Source: Vulcanimicrobiota bacterium
Lineage (GTDB): Bacteria; Vulcanimicrobiota; Vulcanimicrobiia; Vulcanimicrobiales; Vulcanimicrobiaceae
DNA length: 64,000 nt
Assembly: GCA_963786105.1 (NCBI GenBank)
Contig: CAWAXX010000012.1
Span: forward strand, 64,001-128,000
Direction: 5' to 3'
The position numbers were made by a program, and so were the translations under genes. Positions within the stretch are counted from its first letter, which is position 1. The number at the start of each line of letters is the position of its first letter. This document shows positions 9,942 through 20,958 of the stretch, piece by piece. The notes under the pieces are model-generated. The model searched no databases and was not told the DNA's origin. It saw only the letters and a program-made list of their open reading frames with translations.

Positions 9942-10815
9942 TCACGGGGTTGGTGGCCCGGCGTACTTTTCGAGAAACACCAGCGTCCGCTTCCAAGCAT
10001 CCTCGGCGGCGGTTGCAACGTACGAGGCGCGCTGATCGTCGAAAAATGCGTGACCGGCTTCGTCGTAGATACGCACGTCGTTGGGAACGCGCAGCGCGGC
10101 GGCGAACGCGCGGACGTCGGCCGCCGGTATGCTGGTGTCGCGGCCGCCGTAACTGCCGCAGACGGGAACGTGCACTGCGTCGGGCTTCACGCCGTCGACT
10201 GACCCGTAGAACGGAAAGACGGCGGCGAAAAGGCGGTCGGTGTCGATGGCCGCCAGCAGCGCGATGTGCCCGCCCATGCAAAAGCCCAGTATGCCGGTTT
10301 TGGTGGACGGAAACCGGGCCGTCGAGCCAGGCCGCGGCCGCGCGAACGTCGGCATCGTATTGCGGACGCTCGAGTCGCTTGGAAAACGGCCGAAACGTGG
10401 TGGAGTCGGTGCTGCCGTCACCGCTGGGGGCACCGAAACGCGCGTACAGATCCGGTGCGATGGCGGCGACGCCGGCTTTCGCGAAACGCCGCACGACGTC
10501 CCGAATCGACGTGTCGACGCCCCAGATGTGCATGATCACGACGACCGACGGCGTTTGCGGTCCGGCGTGCACCGGCCAGGCGGCGTATGCCGGTATCGTT
10601 GCGCCGGCGACGCTCACGTCGACGTACTCGGCGGAGATTCCAGGATCGTTCTCCGGGACTACCGGAGAATGCGTTTGACCCATGACGTCGGATGCGGCGA
10701 GTCCGCGCGCGGCGGCGCCTATGCCGGCGGTCGCCCCCGCTGCCAGGCCCACGAACGCACGCCGATTGAAGGCGGGCGACGTTGCTCGGGTGGGATCAAC
10801 GTCGAAACCGTTCAT
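9942..10815 (-). CDS. Tat-exported dienelactone hydrolase family protein (frameshift near 10320)
   Basis: NRRAFVG twin-arginine signal and AIAPDLYAR in one frame; GFCMGG nucleophile and AGHAFFDD in the 9942..10433 frame. Confidence 0.85.
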
Positions 10816-10937
10816 ATCAACCCCTTTGACCTGCAGGAGTAACGCTCCTAGAGGATCGACGGCGCGCAGAAGGCATTCGCTACCGTTACCGCGTTAAAAC
10901 GAGAGCTGAAAGATGCCTGATGGAGAATCCGAGACTT

Positions 10938-11646
10938 ATGAATCGTACCATCTTCTTGACCGCCTCGGCGGGTTTGCTAGCCGCTTCGGGAGGTATTGCC
11001 GCGGCACAGACTGTGCCGGGAGGCACGCAGCTAGTCGAGCGTAAGGCCGACTTCGACGAACGGAGTTTCGCCGGCGTGGTTGGCCGGGAAGCGGAGATCC
11101 GCCAACTCTACGAAGCGGTGGCCTTTCGGCCGACCGTCTGGAACAACGTCAAGAACTCGTTCAACGGCTTGCAGTTCGGTTTCGGCTACCCCGCCGATAA
11201 GATTGCGATCGCCTTCGCCGCCCACGGCCCATCGGCGTCGTACGGATATACCGACTATCTCTGGAAGAAATACCGGATCGCCGAATACTTCGGTTTGACC
11301 GACGCGAGCGGCGCGCCGGTAACGTCAAACGGCTACGTCGCGAAACGCGCGACGGTCGATCCGCAGGCAAGTCCCGACGACGATAGAGGCAATGTATCAA
11401 GATACCTCGATCGAAATGCTGCAGCAGCGCGGGCTCATCTATCTCACTTGCCACACCGCCGCTGAGGAGCAGGCGCGCGGAATCGTCAAGAAGGGTTTGG
11501 CGCCGGCCGGGATGACTGCGGCCGACGTCGCCGTCGACATCCTCACCCACTTGATTCCAGGTGCGATCGTCGTGCCGTCGATGGTGGCGACGATCGCGGT
11601 GCTTCAGGCGACGTACCGTTACACCTACATCACGCTGGCGATGTAA
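10938..11646 (+). CDS. Exported DsrE-like protein resembling heme-free thiosulfate dehydrogenase (Tsd) homologues (frameshift near 11390)
   Basis: Signal NRTIFL...AAA; AAHGPS...LWKKY, then SIEMLQQRGLIYLTCHTA...LTHLIPGAIVVPSMVATIAVLQ; first gene before tsdA. Family call is from remembered motifs. Confidence 0.6.
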
Positions 11647-11653
11647 GCGCATC

Positions 11654-12447
11654 ATGCGGCTGCCGGCGCTGCGCATTCTTCTGGTCGTCGTCGTCGCACA
11701 CGCTACCGCGTGTTCGAACGGTGGCTCGCGATCGGTCTACGATCCGCAGGCTTTGCCCACCGGGCCGGTCGGGGCATCGATAGAATACGGACACGATATC
11801 ATCGTCGACACGCCGCGACTTATGAAGGGGTACGTGCGCGCGAAGATGTCGTGTCAAGCGTGTCACGTCGATGCGGGAACGAAGCCGCGGGGCGGAAGCT
11901 TCATCGGCGTCTACGGACGATTTCCTCAATGGAACAAGCGCGCCCATCGCGTCATCACGCTGCAAGACCGGTTGGCCGAGTGTTTCCTTTACAGCATGAA
12001 CGGCCGGCCGCCGGGCTACGCGAGCAAAAGCATGATCGCGCTGGTGGCCTACATTGCGTGGTTGTCCCGCGGCACGCCGATCGGCGCGCCGGCCAAAGAT
12101 TCCGATCGATTCATCGAGCCGTTGCCGCGGCGCACGCCCGACGTGCAGCGAGGCGCAGCAGTGTACGCGCAAAAATGCACGAGCTGCCACCAGGCCGACG
12201 GCGCGGGCATCAAAGGTGCCTTTCCGCCGCTGTGGGGAGCGACGTCGTTCAACAACGGAGCCGGCATGGCGCACATCGATCGCATGACCGGTTTCGTTCG
12301 CTACAACATGCCGCAGAGCGCTCCGGGGTCGCTGACGCTCGACGATGCTTACGACGTGTCGTCCTTCGTGCTCGGTCACAATCGGCCGCATTTCAATCGC
12401 CAAACTCTCGTGCCGCCAGAATCCCGAGGGCGGCCGGATTCTTTTGA
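11654..12447 (+). CDS. tsdA: Diheme cytochrome c thiosulfate dehydrogenase TsdA, probable lipoprotein (frameshift near the 3' end)
   Basis: Two CxxCH motifs (CQACH, CTSCH); RLAECFLYSMNG active-site Cys motif; FPPLWG, SFNNGAGM, NMP; stop TGA overlaps the yeiH TTG start. Confidence 0.85.
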
Positions 12448-13425
12448 CGAGGCTGCCGGGACTGCTCGCCTGCGTGGCGATCGCGGGCGTCGCGACCCTG
12501 CTCGGCAAATGGGCTCCCGTCGTCGGAAGCCCGGTCATTGCTATCGTGATGGGCATCGTTATCGCCGCCTGGCGTCCGCCTGCGTCCGCGTTGGAGCCGG
12601 GCACGTCGTTTGCCGCCAAGACGCTGCTCCAGTGGTCGATCGTTCTGTTTGGCGCGAATTTGAGTTTGGCACAAATCGTCCGCGGCGGCGCGGCCGCATT
12701 GCCGGTGATGTTGGGAACCTTCGCACTGGTGTTGACGCTGGCGTACGTTTTCGGACGATGGCTCGGACTCGATCGCGATTTGCGCCGGTTGCTCGCGATC
12801 GGAACCGCCATCTGCGGCGGTTCGGCGATTGCTGCGTTGTCGAGCGTGATCGACGTCGATCCGTCCGACGTCGCGTACGCGCTCGGTACCGTGTTTTGCT
12901 TCAACGTGATCGCCGTTTTGATGTTTCCGCCGCTCGGGCACGCACTCGCGCTTTCGCAGCCGGCGTTCGGGTCTGTGGGCGGGTACCGCTATCAACGATA
13001 CGTCGTCGGTCGTCGCCGCAGCCTTTGCCTACGGTCATGACGCCGGTAACGCGAGCATCGTCGTGAAACTCACGCGAACGCTGCTGATCGTACCGATCGT
13101 GCTGTTCTACGCGTGGAAGCGCGTCGCATCGCAACGCCCCGGCGATCGCGCCATCGACTGGCTCGGTCTTTTTCCCTGGTTCATCCTGTGGTTTCTCGCG
13201 GCGGCCGCGGTCCAGTCGTTGGGCTGGATACCGAAGGATTGGCAAGTGCCGCTACACGGCGTCGCACTTTTCGTCATGGTCGTCGCGCTGGCGGGAGTCG
13301 GTCTTTGCTCCGACGTCCGGCGCATGCGGGCTGCCGGCCTTCGTCCGCTCGCGTTGGGCGCGATTCTGTGGATTGCCATTGCGTGGAGCAGTCTCGCCAT
13401 CGCGCACGTCGTCCGCTTCGGATAG
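12444..13425 (+). CDS. yeiH: YeiH family putative sulfate/sulfite exporter (frameshift near 12970)
   Basis: IGTAICGGSAIAA; after removing one G, GLWAGTAINDTSSVVAAA and VKLTRTLLIVP; many TM helices. Confidence 0.85.
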
Positions 13426-13534
13426 CGGGGTCGCGGGGTTTGGTCGTAGGTTTCCGCGAAGGCCGGAGCTAGAATGGTAGGTCGCGCCACCCCGGAGAAG
13501 GGGGCGCAGCGCGCAAGCCGAGGAGTTGTACATA

Positions 13535-16500
13535 TTGGAAACGATGGTGAGGGTGACGCTGCCCGAGATGGGCGAGTCGGTCACCGAAGGCTCCATCGTC
13601 GAATGGCGTAAGCGGGTCGGTGATTTCGTAGCCGAGGGCGATGCCCTGGTCGACGTCACGACCGACAAGGTCGACGTCGAAGTGCCCGCCACTGCCTCGG
13701 GTATCATCACGCAAATCCTCGCGGGCGAAGGCGACACCGTTACGGTCGGCTCGGTGCTCGCCGAAATCGATACAACGAAAACCAATGGTCAAGCAACCGG
13801 CAAGACCGCACCCGCACGAGGCGCCGTCAACGGCGGCGGCGCGGCGAGCTCACCGGCCTCAACGGCCGAAGCCTCCCCGTCCGCGCGGTCCGGTTCGTCC
13901 GGGCGAAACGCTCGCCGATCAGCCGGCGCGGCGTATGGCCCGCCGGCTCGACGTCGATCTCGCGAGGATTCGCGGGTCGGGACCCAACGGACTCATCCTG
14001 CGTGGCGACGTGATCGCGCAGGCCGAAAGTGCTAAACGCCGGCCGCTCGCCGACGGCGCGTCGCCGTCCGCCGCTCCAATCCCGGCGGGGGCGTCGGTCA
14101 CGCCGCTAAAAGGTCCGGCGGCGGCGCTCGTCGGCTACATGGAGCAAAGCCTGACGATTCCGACGGCCACGAGTTTTCGTGCATTGGCTGTCGACGTGCT
14201 CGATGCGCGGCGCAAAGAACTCAACGGCGCGATCAAAGCGGCCGGACGCAGCGAAAAAGTCTCGTTCACGCACGTGGTTGCGTTTGCGTTGGTACGCGCC
14301 GCACGCGACCTTCCGTTCATCACCTACTCCTTCCGTCGCGACCAGAAGGGTTCGCCGTCTCGGCTGGAACCCGGAATCCATCTCGGTCTCGCGGTGGACA
14401 GCGAGCGCAAGGACGGAACGCGCTTCTTGGTCGTGCCAGTCATCAAAGACGCGGCGCTTCTCGACTTTGCGGCGTTTCGCGCGAAGTACGAAGATCTGGT
14501 CGCCAAGGCACGCGACAACAAACTGGTTGCCGACGATTTGCAAGGCGCGTCGTTCACGCTTACGAACCCGGGCGGAATCGGAACGGTCGCGTCGCTTCCG
14601 CGGTTGCTCGACCGGACAAGGCGCGATCGTCGCCACCGGCGCGATCGGGTACCCACCGGGATTTGCCAACGCCAACGAACAGTCGTTGCAGCTGTTGGGC
14701 GTTTCCAAAGTCATGCAGATGACGAGTACGTACGATCATCGCGTAATTCAAGGCGCGCAGTCGGGTGAGTATCTGCGTCACGTCGACGAACTGCTGCAGG
14801 GTCGCAACCGCTTCTACGAAGAGATTTTCGAATCGCTCGGGCTGCAGGCGGCGCCGGTACCGCACATCACTACGGCGCTCGCGCCCGCGCGGCCGGCAGG
14901 TCCGGTCGCGGCTACGCCGCCGTCGGACGAAATGCTGCGCGCCGTTGCCGCCGGAATGGCGATCGTGTCGGCGTACCGCCGTCACGGGCACCTAGCGGCC
15001 AACCTCGATCCGCTCGGAACGCAGCCGGTGGGCGATGCGTCGCTCGAACCGCAGACCTACGGCCTTACGCCGGCGTTGATGAGCGCGATCCCCGCCGGCG
15101 TTTTGCGCGTCAAAGTTCCCGGCAATACCCTCGGCGAGGTGCTTCCGCATCTCAAAGAAACGTACAGCTCGACGATCGCCTACGAGATCGAGCACATTTC
15201 GAATGCCGGTCAGCGCGTCTGGCTGCGCGATTACATCGAGTCCGGCAAAAACAAGATCAAGTTCTCTCCGGAGCGGCAGCTCGAATTCCTCACGCGCCTG
15301 ACTCGGGTCGAAGCCTTCGATCGCTTCGTGCGCAAAGCGTTCCTCGGCCAGAAGACCTTTTCGGGCGAAGGTTTAGACGTGATGGTGCCGATGCTCGAGG
15401 AGATGTTGGACATGGTCGCCGACGACGGGGTTCGCAACGCCGTCTTGGGCATGGCCCATCGCGGCCGTCTCAACGTGATCGCGCACGTCGTCAACACGCC
15501 CTACGAAGAAGCGATGATGGAGTTCGAAGCCGCCCAGTACCGCGGCGAGCTCGGCGACGACGACGTGATGGGCGACGTGAAGTATCATCACGGTGCGACC
15601 GGTACGTTCGTGACGTCGAAAGGAAAGTCGATCGCGGTAACGCTGGCGCACAACCCGAGTCACCTCGAAGCCGTCGATCCGGTCGTCGAGGGAAGCGCGC
15701 GCGCTCTCCAGACCGACCACGGGCGCGGCGTTCCGGAATACGACGCCAAGGGTGCGGTTCCGATCTTGATACATGGCGACGCAGCCTTCACCGGTCAGGG
15801 CATCGTTTCCGAAGTTCTTCAACTTGCAATCGCTCGCGGGCTACCAAACCGGCGGAACGGTGCATTTGATTGCCAACAATCAAATCGGCTTTACGACCGA
15901 CGTAGCGGACGCGCGTTCGACGCGCTACGCCTCGGACTTGGCCAAAGGTTTCGACGTGCCGATCGTGCACGTCAATGCCGACGACGTCGACGCGTGCATC
16001 GCCGCCGTCCATCTGGCCGTCGATTTCCGCCGTGCTTTCAGCCGCGACGTGCTGATCGACCTCATCGGATACCGGCGTTTCGGTCACAACGAACAAGACG
16101 AGCCGGCGTACACGCAGCCGATCGTGGCCGAAAAGATCAAGAGCCATCCGACCGTTCGCGAGTTGTTCGCGAATAAGCTCATCAACCAAGGGATTCTCAC
16201 GCCCGAACAGTCGCGTGCGATGATCGAGGAAGCAAACGAGCGATTGAGCGAAGCGCGCAAAGCCGTTAAGGGCGTTCTGGCGACGCACACCAAGGGTCGG
16301 AAAATGGCGGGCAGCAATACGTTCGACGGCACGGTGCTGGCACCGGTCGGGCGCGAGCGGCTGGTAGCCTGGACGGACGCGCTCGGGCGCGTTCCCGAAG
16401 GGTTCACGCTCAACCACAAGCTGGTAACGCAGTTCGACCGGCGTCACGAGACCATCGTCGAAAAGGGCACCGTCGACTGGGGAACCGCCGAAGCGCTGGC

Positions 16501-17502
16501 ATTCGCCTCGCTGCTGACGGGCGGCTCGCCGATTCGGCTCACCGGCCAAGACACGGAGCGGGGCACGTTCAGTCACCGGCATGCCGTGCTTCACGGTACC
16601 GACGGCGCCGCCAGCTGGATTCCGCTGCAGCATCTGTCGGAAGCGCAGGCATCGTTCGAAATCCGCAACAGCCCGCTTTCCGAGTACGCCTGCATGGGCT
16701 TCGAATACGGATACTCGACGCAGGAACCGGAGGCGCTGGTTCTTTGGGAAGCGCAGTACGGCGACTTCTTCAACGGCGCCGAGATCGTCGTCGATCAGTT
16801 CATCGCCGCCGGACAAGCCAAATGGGGTCAAACCTCACGCTTGGTGCTGCTGCTTCCGCACGGCTACGAAGGCGGCGGCCCCGAACATTCGAGCGCGCGT
16901 CTCGAGCGTTTCCTGCAGCTCGTCGCCGAGGGCAACCTGCGCGTCGCCTACCCGTCGAATGCCGGCAACTACTACCATCTGCTGCGCATGCAAGCTCGCT
17001 CGCCGATCGCCGTCCCGCTGGTCGTGATGACGCCGAAATCGCTGCTGCGCGCGCAGAGCGCGTCCGGCACGCTCGACGACATGGCGGAGGGGTCGTTCGC
17101 TCCGGTGATCGACGATCCGCGGCCGCTCGAGCCGCGACTCGATCGAGCGATTGATCCTGTGCAGCGGGAAAATCTATCACGATCTCGTCGGTCACGCCGC
17201 CTACGGTGCGTTACGGAAGACGGCGATCGCGCGCATCGAACTACTCGCGCCGCTGCCCGCGAGCGATATCAAGCGGGTCATCACGGGCTACCCGAAGCTC
17301 AAGAAGATCGTGTGGGTTCAAGAGGAGCCGAAGAACATGGGAGCGCGCGCGTTCGTCCGAAGGCGCCTGCTCGAAAGCAAACGCGACGGATTCGACATCG
17401 AGTATATCGGACGCGGTTACCGCGCTAGCCCGAGCGAAGGCTATGCCGGCCAGCACGCCGTCGAGCAAGAACGCATCGTTGACAACGGCGCTGACCGAAT
17501 AG
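13535..17502 (+). CDS. Multifunctional 2-oxoglutarate dehydrogenase: lipoyl domain, subunit-binding domain, succinyltransferase and E1o (about five frameshifts)
   Basis: Lipoyl TTDKVDVEVP; ARRMARRLDVDLARIRGSGPNG; LTNPGGIGT and YDHRVIQGAQSG; GMAHRGRLNV, GDVKYH, NPSHLE, HGDAAF, GQDTERGTFSHRH, WEAQYGDF, GPEHSSAR across successive frames. Confidence 0.88.
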
Positions 17503-17513
17503 CGACGCGATTC

Positions 17514-17912
17514 GTGGCGTCTCCCGACGAAACGCCTCGCCAGCGAGGCGAGCGGCTGCTCCGCCGGATCGACGGCGACAAGAGTTGCCGACAATTTGTT
17601 GCGCGGTTACGAATCGATCGCGCCCGATTTCGTGCGCTATTTGGTCGAGTTTGCCTTCGGCGAGATCTACGCGCGCGAGGGCGACGTGCGACAGCGCGAA
17701 CTGGTCGCGATCGCGTCGCTTGCCACCATGGGCGGCTGCGACCCCAGCTCGAGACGCACGTCCACGGTGCGTTCAACGTCGGACTGAGCGAGGCGGAGAT
17801 CGTCGAAGCCGTGATGACGCTGATTCCGTACGTCGGCTTTCCGAAGGCACTCAACGCGATGGCAATCGTCAAGCGCGTCGTCGAAAAGCGTAATCGACCC
17901 GTGTCATCCTGA
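17514..17912 (+). CDS. Carboxymuconolactone decarboxylase family protein (two frameshifts)
   Basis: RGERLLRRIDG, YLVEFAFGEIYAR...RQRELVAIASL, QLETHVHGAFNVGLSEAEIVE...YVGFPKALNA in three frames. Confidence 0.8.
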   Translation: MASPDETPRQRGERLLRRIDGDKSCRQFVARLRIDRARFRALFGRVCLRRDLRARGRRATARTGRDRVACHHGRLRPQLETHVHGAFNVGLSEAEIVEAVMTLIPYVGFPKALNAMAIVKRVVEKRNRPVSS

Positions 17913-18201
17913 TCGGAGCTTGCGCAGCGGTTGTCATCCTGAGCGGAGCGCCGCAGGCGCGCAGTCGAAGGACCAGCGCACCAACTCACTCGACGCATCG
18001 ATGCGGGAGCCGCGCGTTTTACCCCGTGCGCGGGGACGCTCGATTTTGCGCCTCCGTGCGAAAAATCTGCTCGGCTGGCTCGTGGCTCCCGGCGTCCGTG
18101 CCTTCGCTCCTCGTCCAGACGCCCCCGCGCATCGGGGTAAACGCGCGGCTCCGATATCGTCCTTCGACTGCGCTCGCTGCGCGAGCTCCGCTCAGGGTGA
18201 C
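17902..18201. repeat. REP-like nested fold-back element, copy 1
   Basis: Arm TGTCATCCTGAGCGGAGC...GCAGTCGAAGGAC (17932-17973), inverted arm (18159-18201), partial tandem arm at 17902, and an inner inverted repeat of about 29 bp. Confidence 0.9.
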
Positions 18202-18204
18202 TCG

Positions 18205-18700
18205 CTAACCTCGCCGGCTGCGAAACGCCGCCACCTTGACGCGGTTGCCGCAGCGCTGCATCGAACACCAGCGACGGCCTTTCGCACGCGAGCGATCGAG
18301 AAACATGCGGTCGCAATCGTGTGCCTTCGCACGCGCGAAGCTTGGCGGCGTGACGCGCGATGGTTTCGATCGCGTCGCGAGCGATGGCGGCGAGTCCGGC
18401 CCGAACCGGCTCGGTCGCGCCCCTCGTGACGCTGCCGTCGAGTCGAAGAACCAGCGCCGGCGGGTCGTCCGAAGCGTAGCTGTTGATGGTCGCTACGTCC
18501 CGTTGCGTGAGGGCGATCCCGCGGCGGCTGCGTTGAAGGGCGGCGAACGGCGGCGCACAGCCGCTCCGCATCGGCGACTTCTTCGGGCCGGGCGGCGACT
18601 TCGAAGGACAGCGCGCCGAGCCGCAACCAGCATGCGGCCGAGGTCGCCGCGATCGCTCATCGGCTGTGGCGGCGAAATCAAGGCTGAGGTCTCCTAGCAC
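18205..18700 (-). CDS. ABATE/CGNR zinc-finger domain regulator (frameshifted)
   Basis: N-terminal LSLDFAAT; C-terminal LRACEG-HDCDRMFLDRSRAKGRRWCSMQRCGNRVKVAAFR read across frames. Confidence 0.8.
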
Positions 18701-18776
18701 GTAACTATTCTATCAGGTTACGCAACGTTCGTCAGGCTGGCCAAGGTGCTTGACTGTAACCTTTTAGGGAGGTAAT
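18700..18776. promoter_or_regulatory. Palindromic operator over the CGNR gene -10 box, plus a degenerate second copy
   Basis: CGTAAC-N11-GTTACG at 18700-18722 encloses the minus-strand TAGAAT; GTAAC-N11-GTAAT at 18756-18776. Confidence 0.55.
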
Positions 18777-19318
18777 TCAGGGAAAATAAGTCAGCAGCGC
18801 TTCGATCGACAGGCGCATCGACCAGGAGCCGCCGATTGGCGGGCGGTGACGAACCCCTCGGCGACCATTGAGTCGAAGAGGGCGACGAGATGATCGAAGT
18901 AACCCCGATCGTTGAGCAAGCCCGATGGGTTTGTCGTGGATGCCCAGTTGACGCCAGGTCAGAACGTCGCCGAGTTCGTCGATCGTTCCGAAACCGCCCG
19001 GGAAGCGCGATAAACGCGTGACTCAGGTCGGCCATGCGCGCCTTGCGCTCGTGCATGCTTGCGACGATTTCTAGTCGCGTCAGACCGTCGTGGGCGATTT
19101 CCGCCGTCGATAGCGGCGTGCGGAATGACGCCGATGACCTCGCCGCCGGCTTCGAGAGCCGCATCGGCCAGCACGCCCATTAGGCCGATCCGACCGCCAC
19201 CGTAGACGATGCCGTAGCCGGCGCGCACGATCGCTCGTGCGACCTCGCGCGCCGTGACCGCGTAGGAATCGTGCGTCCCAGACTGCTGCCGCAGAAGACG
19301 CAGATGTGCGCGGTTCAT
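18777..19318 (-). CDS. LOG family (TIGR00730) nucleotide phosphoribohydrolase (several frameshifts)
   Basis: [58 protein letters not shown] distributed across frames. Confidence 0.85.
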
Positions 19319-19370
19319 CGCGCACGCCGTTGGGCAGTTGAGCATCGCGCGCCTGCCGAAGCGCTCGCGC

Positions 19371-19643
19371 ATGTCTCGCGATCTCCGTCTGCAACGTCGT
19401 CCGTCACTTCCCGACGACGGGGTGGTTCGCATCATGCGGGTGCGCCGGCGAGCGAGTACCGTCAGCGTCGTGACCGGTTTGCGTGCGCCGGAAATCGAGG
19501 ACGTAGCGAAGTCGCTGAAACGCCATTGCGGGACGGGCGGCACGGCGAAAAATGGAACGGTCGAGATCCAGGGCGACCATCGCGACAAAATTGCAGCATG
19601 GTTTGCCGCGCAAGGCCGCACGGTAAAACTCGCCGGCGGATGA
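19371..19643 (+). CDS. yciH: SUI1/YciH translation initiation factor-like protein
   Basis: DGVVRI...VSVVTGL...LKRHCGTGGTAKNGTVEIQGDHRDKI...KLAGG; start uncertain. Confidence 0.85.
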   Translation: MSRDLRLQRRPSLPDDGVVRIMRVRRRASTVSVVTGLRAPEIEDVAKSLKRHCGTGGTAKNGTVEIQGDHRDKIAAWFAAQGRTVKLAGG

Positions 19644-20958
19644 GCAAGCGCCTTCCGGGCCCCTCGCAATGGACGACCATGCGGCGCCTCTTCCCGGTGC
19701 CGTTTTCGAAGTTCACGCCGTTTCTGCGCGAGATGTCGGCACGATACGGCAATCTGTTTGCATTTTCGGTGCCGTGGAGGCGTTACGTCTTTCTCAACGT
19801 CCCGGCGCTCATCAAAGACGTGTTCGTAACCCAGCAGCAGGCGTTTTCGAAGTCTCTCGGAGCGCGTTCGCTGCGCTTTCTGCTCGGCGAAGGGCTGCTC
19901 ACGAGCGACGAGCCGCTGCACCGGCAAATGCGACGGATCGTACAGCCGGCCTTTCATCGCGAGCGCATCGTACGCTACACCGAGATCATGGAAGAAGCTG
20001 CGGTGAAGTTCGTCGACGGTCTCCAACCGGGTGCAACGATCGATTTTCATGCGGCGATGACGGCGCTGACGCTGCGGATCGCGACGACGACGCTCTTCGG
20101 CAGCGACGAAAGCGGCTCGACGGAAGAGGTCAGCGACGCTTTGGGATTGATGATGGAAGAGTTTCCGCACGTGCTGGTCCCATTCGGGCATTTGCGGCAA
20201 CGCTTGCCGCTTCCGTCGACGCGTCGTTTTCAACGCGCGCGAACGATGCTCGACGATATCATCTACGGTCTGATCGCGCGACGGCGCGAAGGGCGGATGG
20301 CGACAACGGCGACGCGCTTTCGATGTTGCTGGCGGCGCACGATGCGGAAACTGGATATCGTCCAACCGATCGGCAGATCCGCGACGAAGTCATGACGCTG
20401 TTCATGGCCGGACACGAAACCACCGCCAATCTGCTTACCTGGACGTTTTACTTGCTCTCGCAGCATCCCGGCGTCGACGCACGCATGGGAGAGGCGTCGG
20501 ATAGCGGCGATTTCGCCTACGTCTCGCGCGTCGTGCGCGAGAGCCTGCGCCTGTATCCACCGGCCTGGTTGCTCGGGCGAGAGTCGCTGCGCGCGGTAAC
20601 GCTCGTCGACGGAACCGTCATCGCGCCCAACACGACGCTTCTGGTTGCGCCGCTGCTGCTGCACCGGCGAGCCGAATACTTCCGCGATCCGGAGTGATTC
20701 GAGCCCGATCGCTGGCTGAACTGGGAGCCTTCACCGTTTGCATTTTTCCCATTCGGCGGCGGGGCGAGGCGCTGCATCGGCGACGAGTTCGCATTGCGCG
20801 AGGCGGAAATCGTCGCGCGGGCGATCGCGCGACGGTACTCGTTCGCGAAAGATCCGCACGTCGAGGTGGCGACTGCGCCGCTCGTGACGTTGCGACCGGC
20901 CGGCCCGGTGCCGCTGCGCGCGGTGCTGCGAACGTTTTCGCAGAAAGAATCCGCTTAA
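19640..20958 (+). pseudogene. Cytochrome P450, interrupted by a frameshift near 20295 and an in-frame TGA at 20695
   Basis: GEGLLTSD, AGHETTA, ESLRLYPPAW, DPE*FEPDRW, heme motif FGGGARRCIG; may be intact in vivo if the lesions are sequence errors. Confidence 0.85.

Noticed and set aside
8725..10815. 696-aa dienelactone hydrolase-RmuC fusion in the ORF track
   Set aside because: A frameshift near 10320 diverts the hydrolase; its real C-terminus is in the 9942..10433 frame and RmuC has its own start at 9939.
11561..13066. 501-aa extended TsdA
   Set aside because: Everything after about 12420 is out-of-frame read-through over yeiH; a natural TTGA stop/start overlap exists at 12444-12447.
17920..18429. 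ORFs crossing the fold-back elements (for example 17920..18429 and 30983..31240)
   Set aside because: They are translations of palindromic repeat DNA with no protein-like motifs.
13535..19318. Programmed frameshifting in the dehydrogenase, CMD, CGNR and LOG genes
   Set aside because: There are too many shifts, I saw no shared slippery motif, and they are confined to one region; sequence error is simpler.
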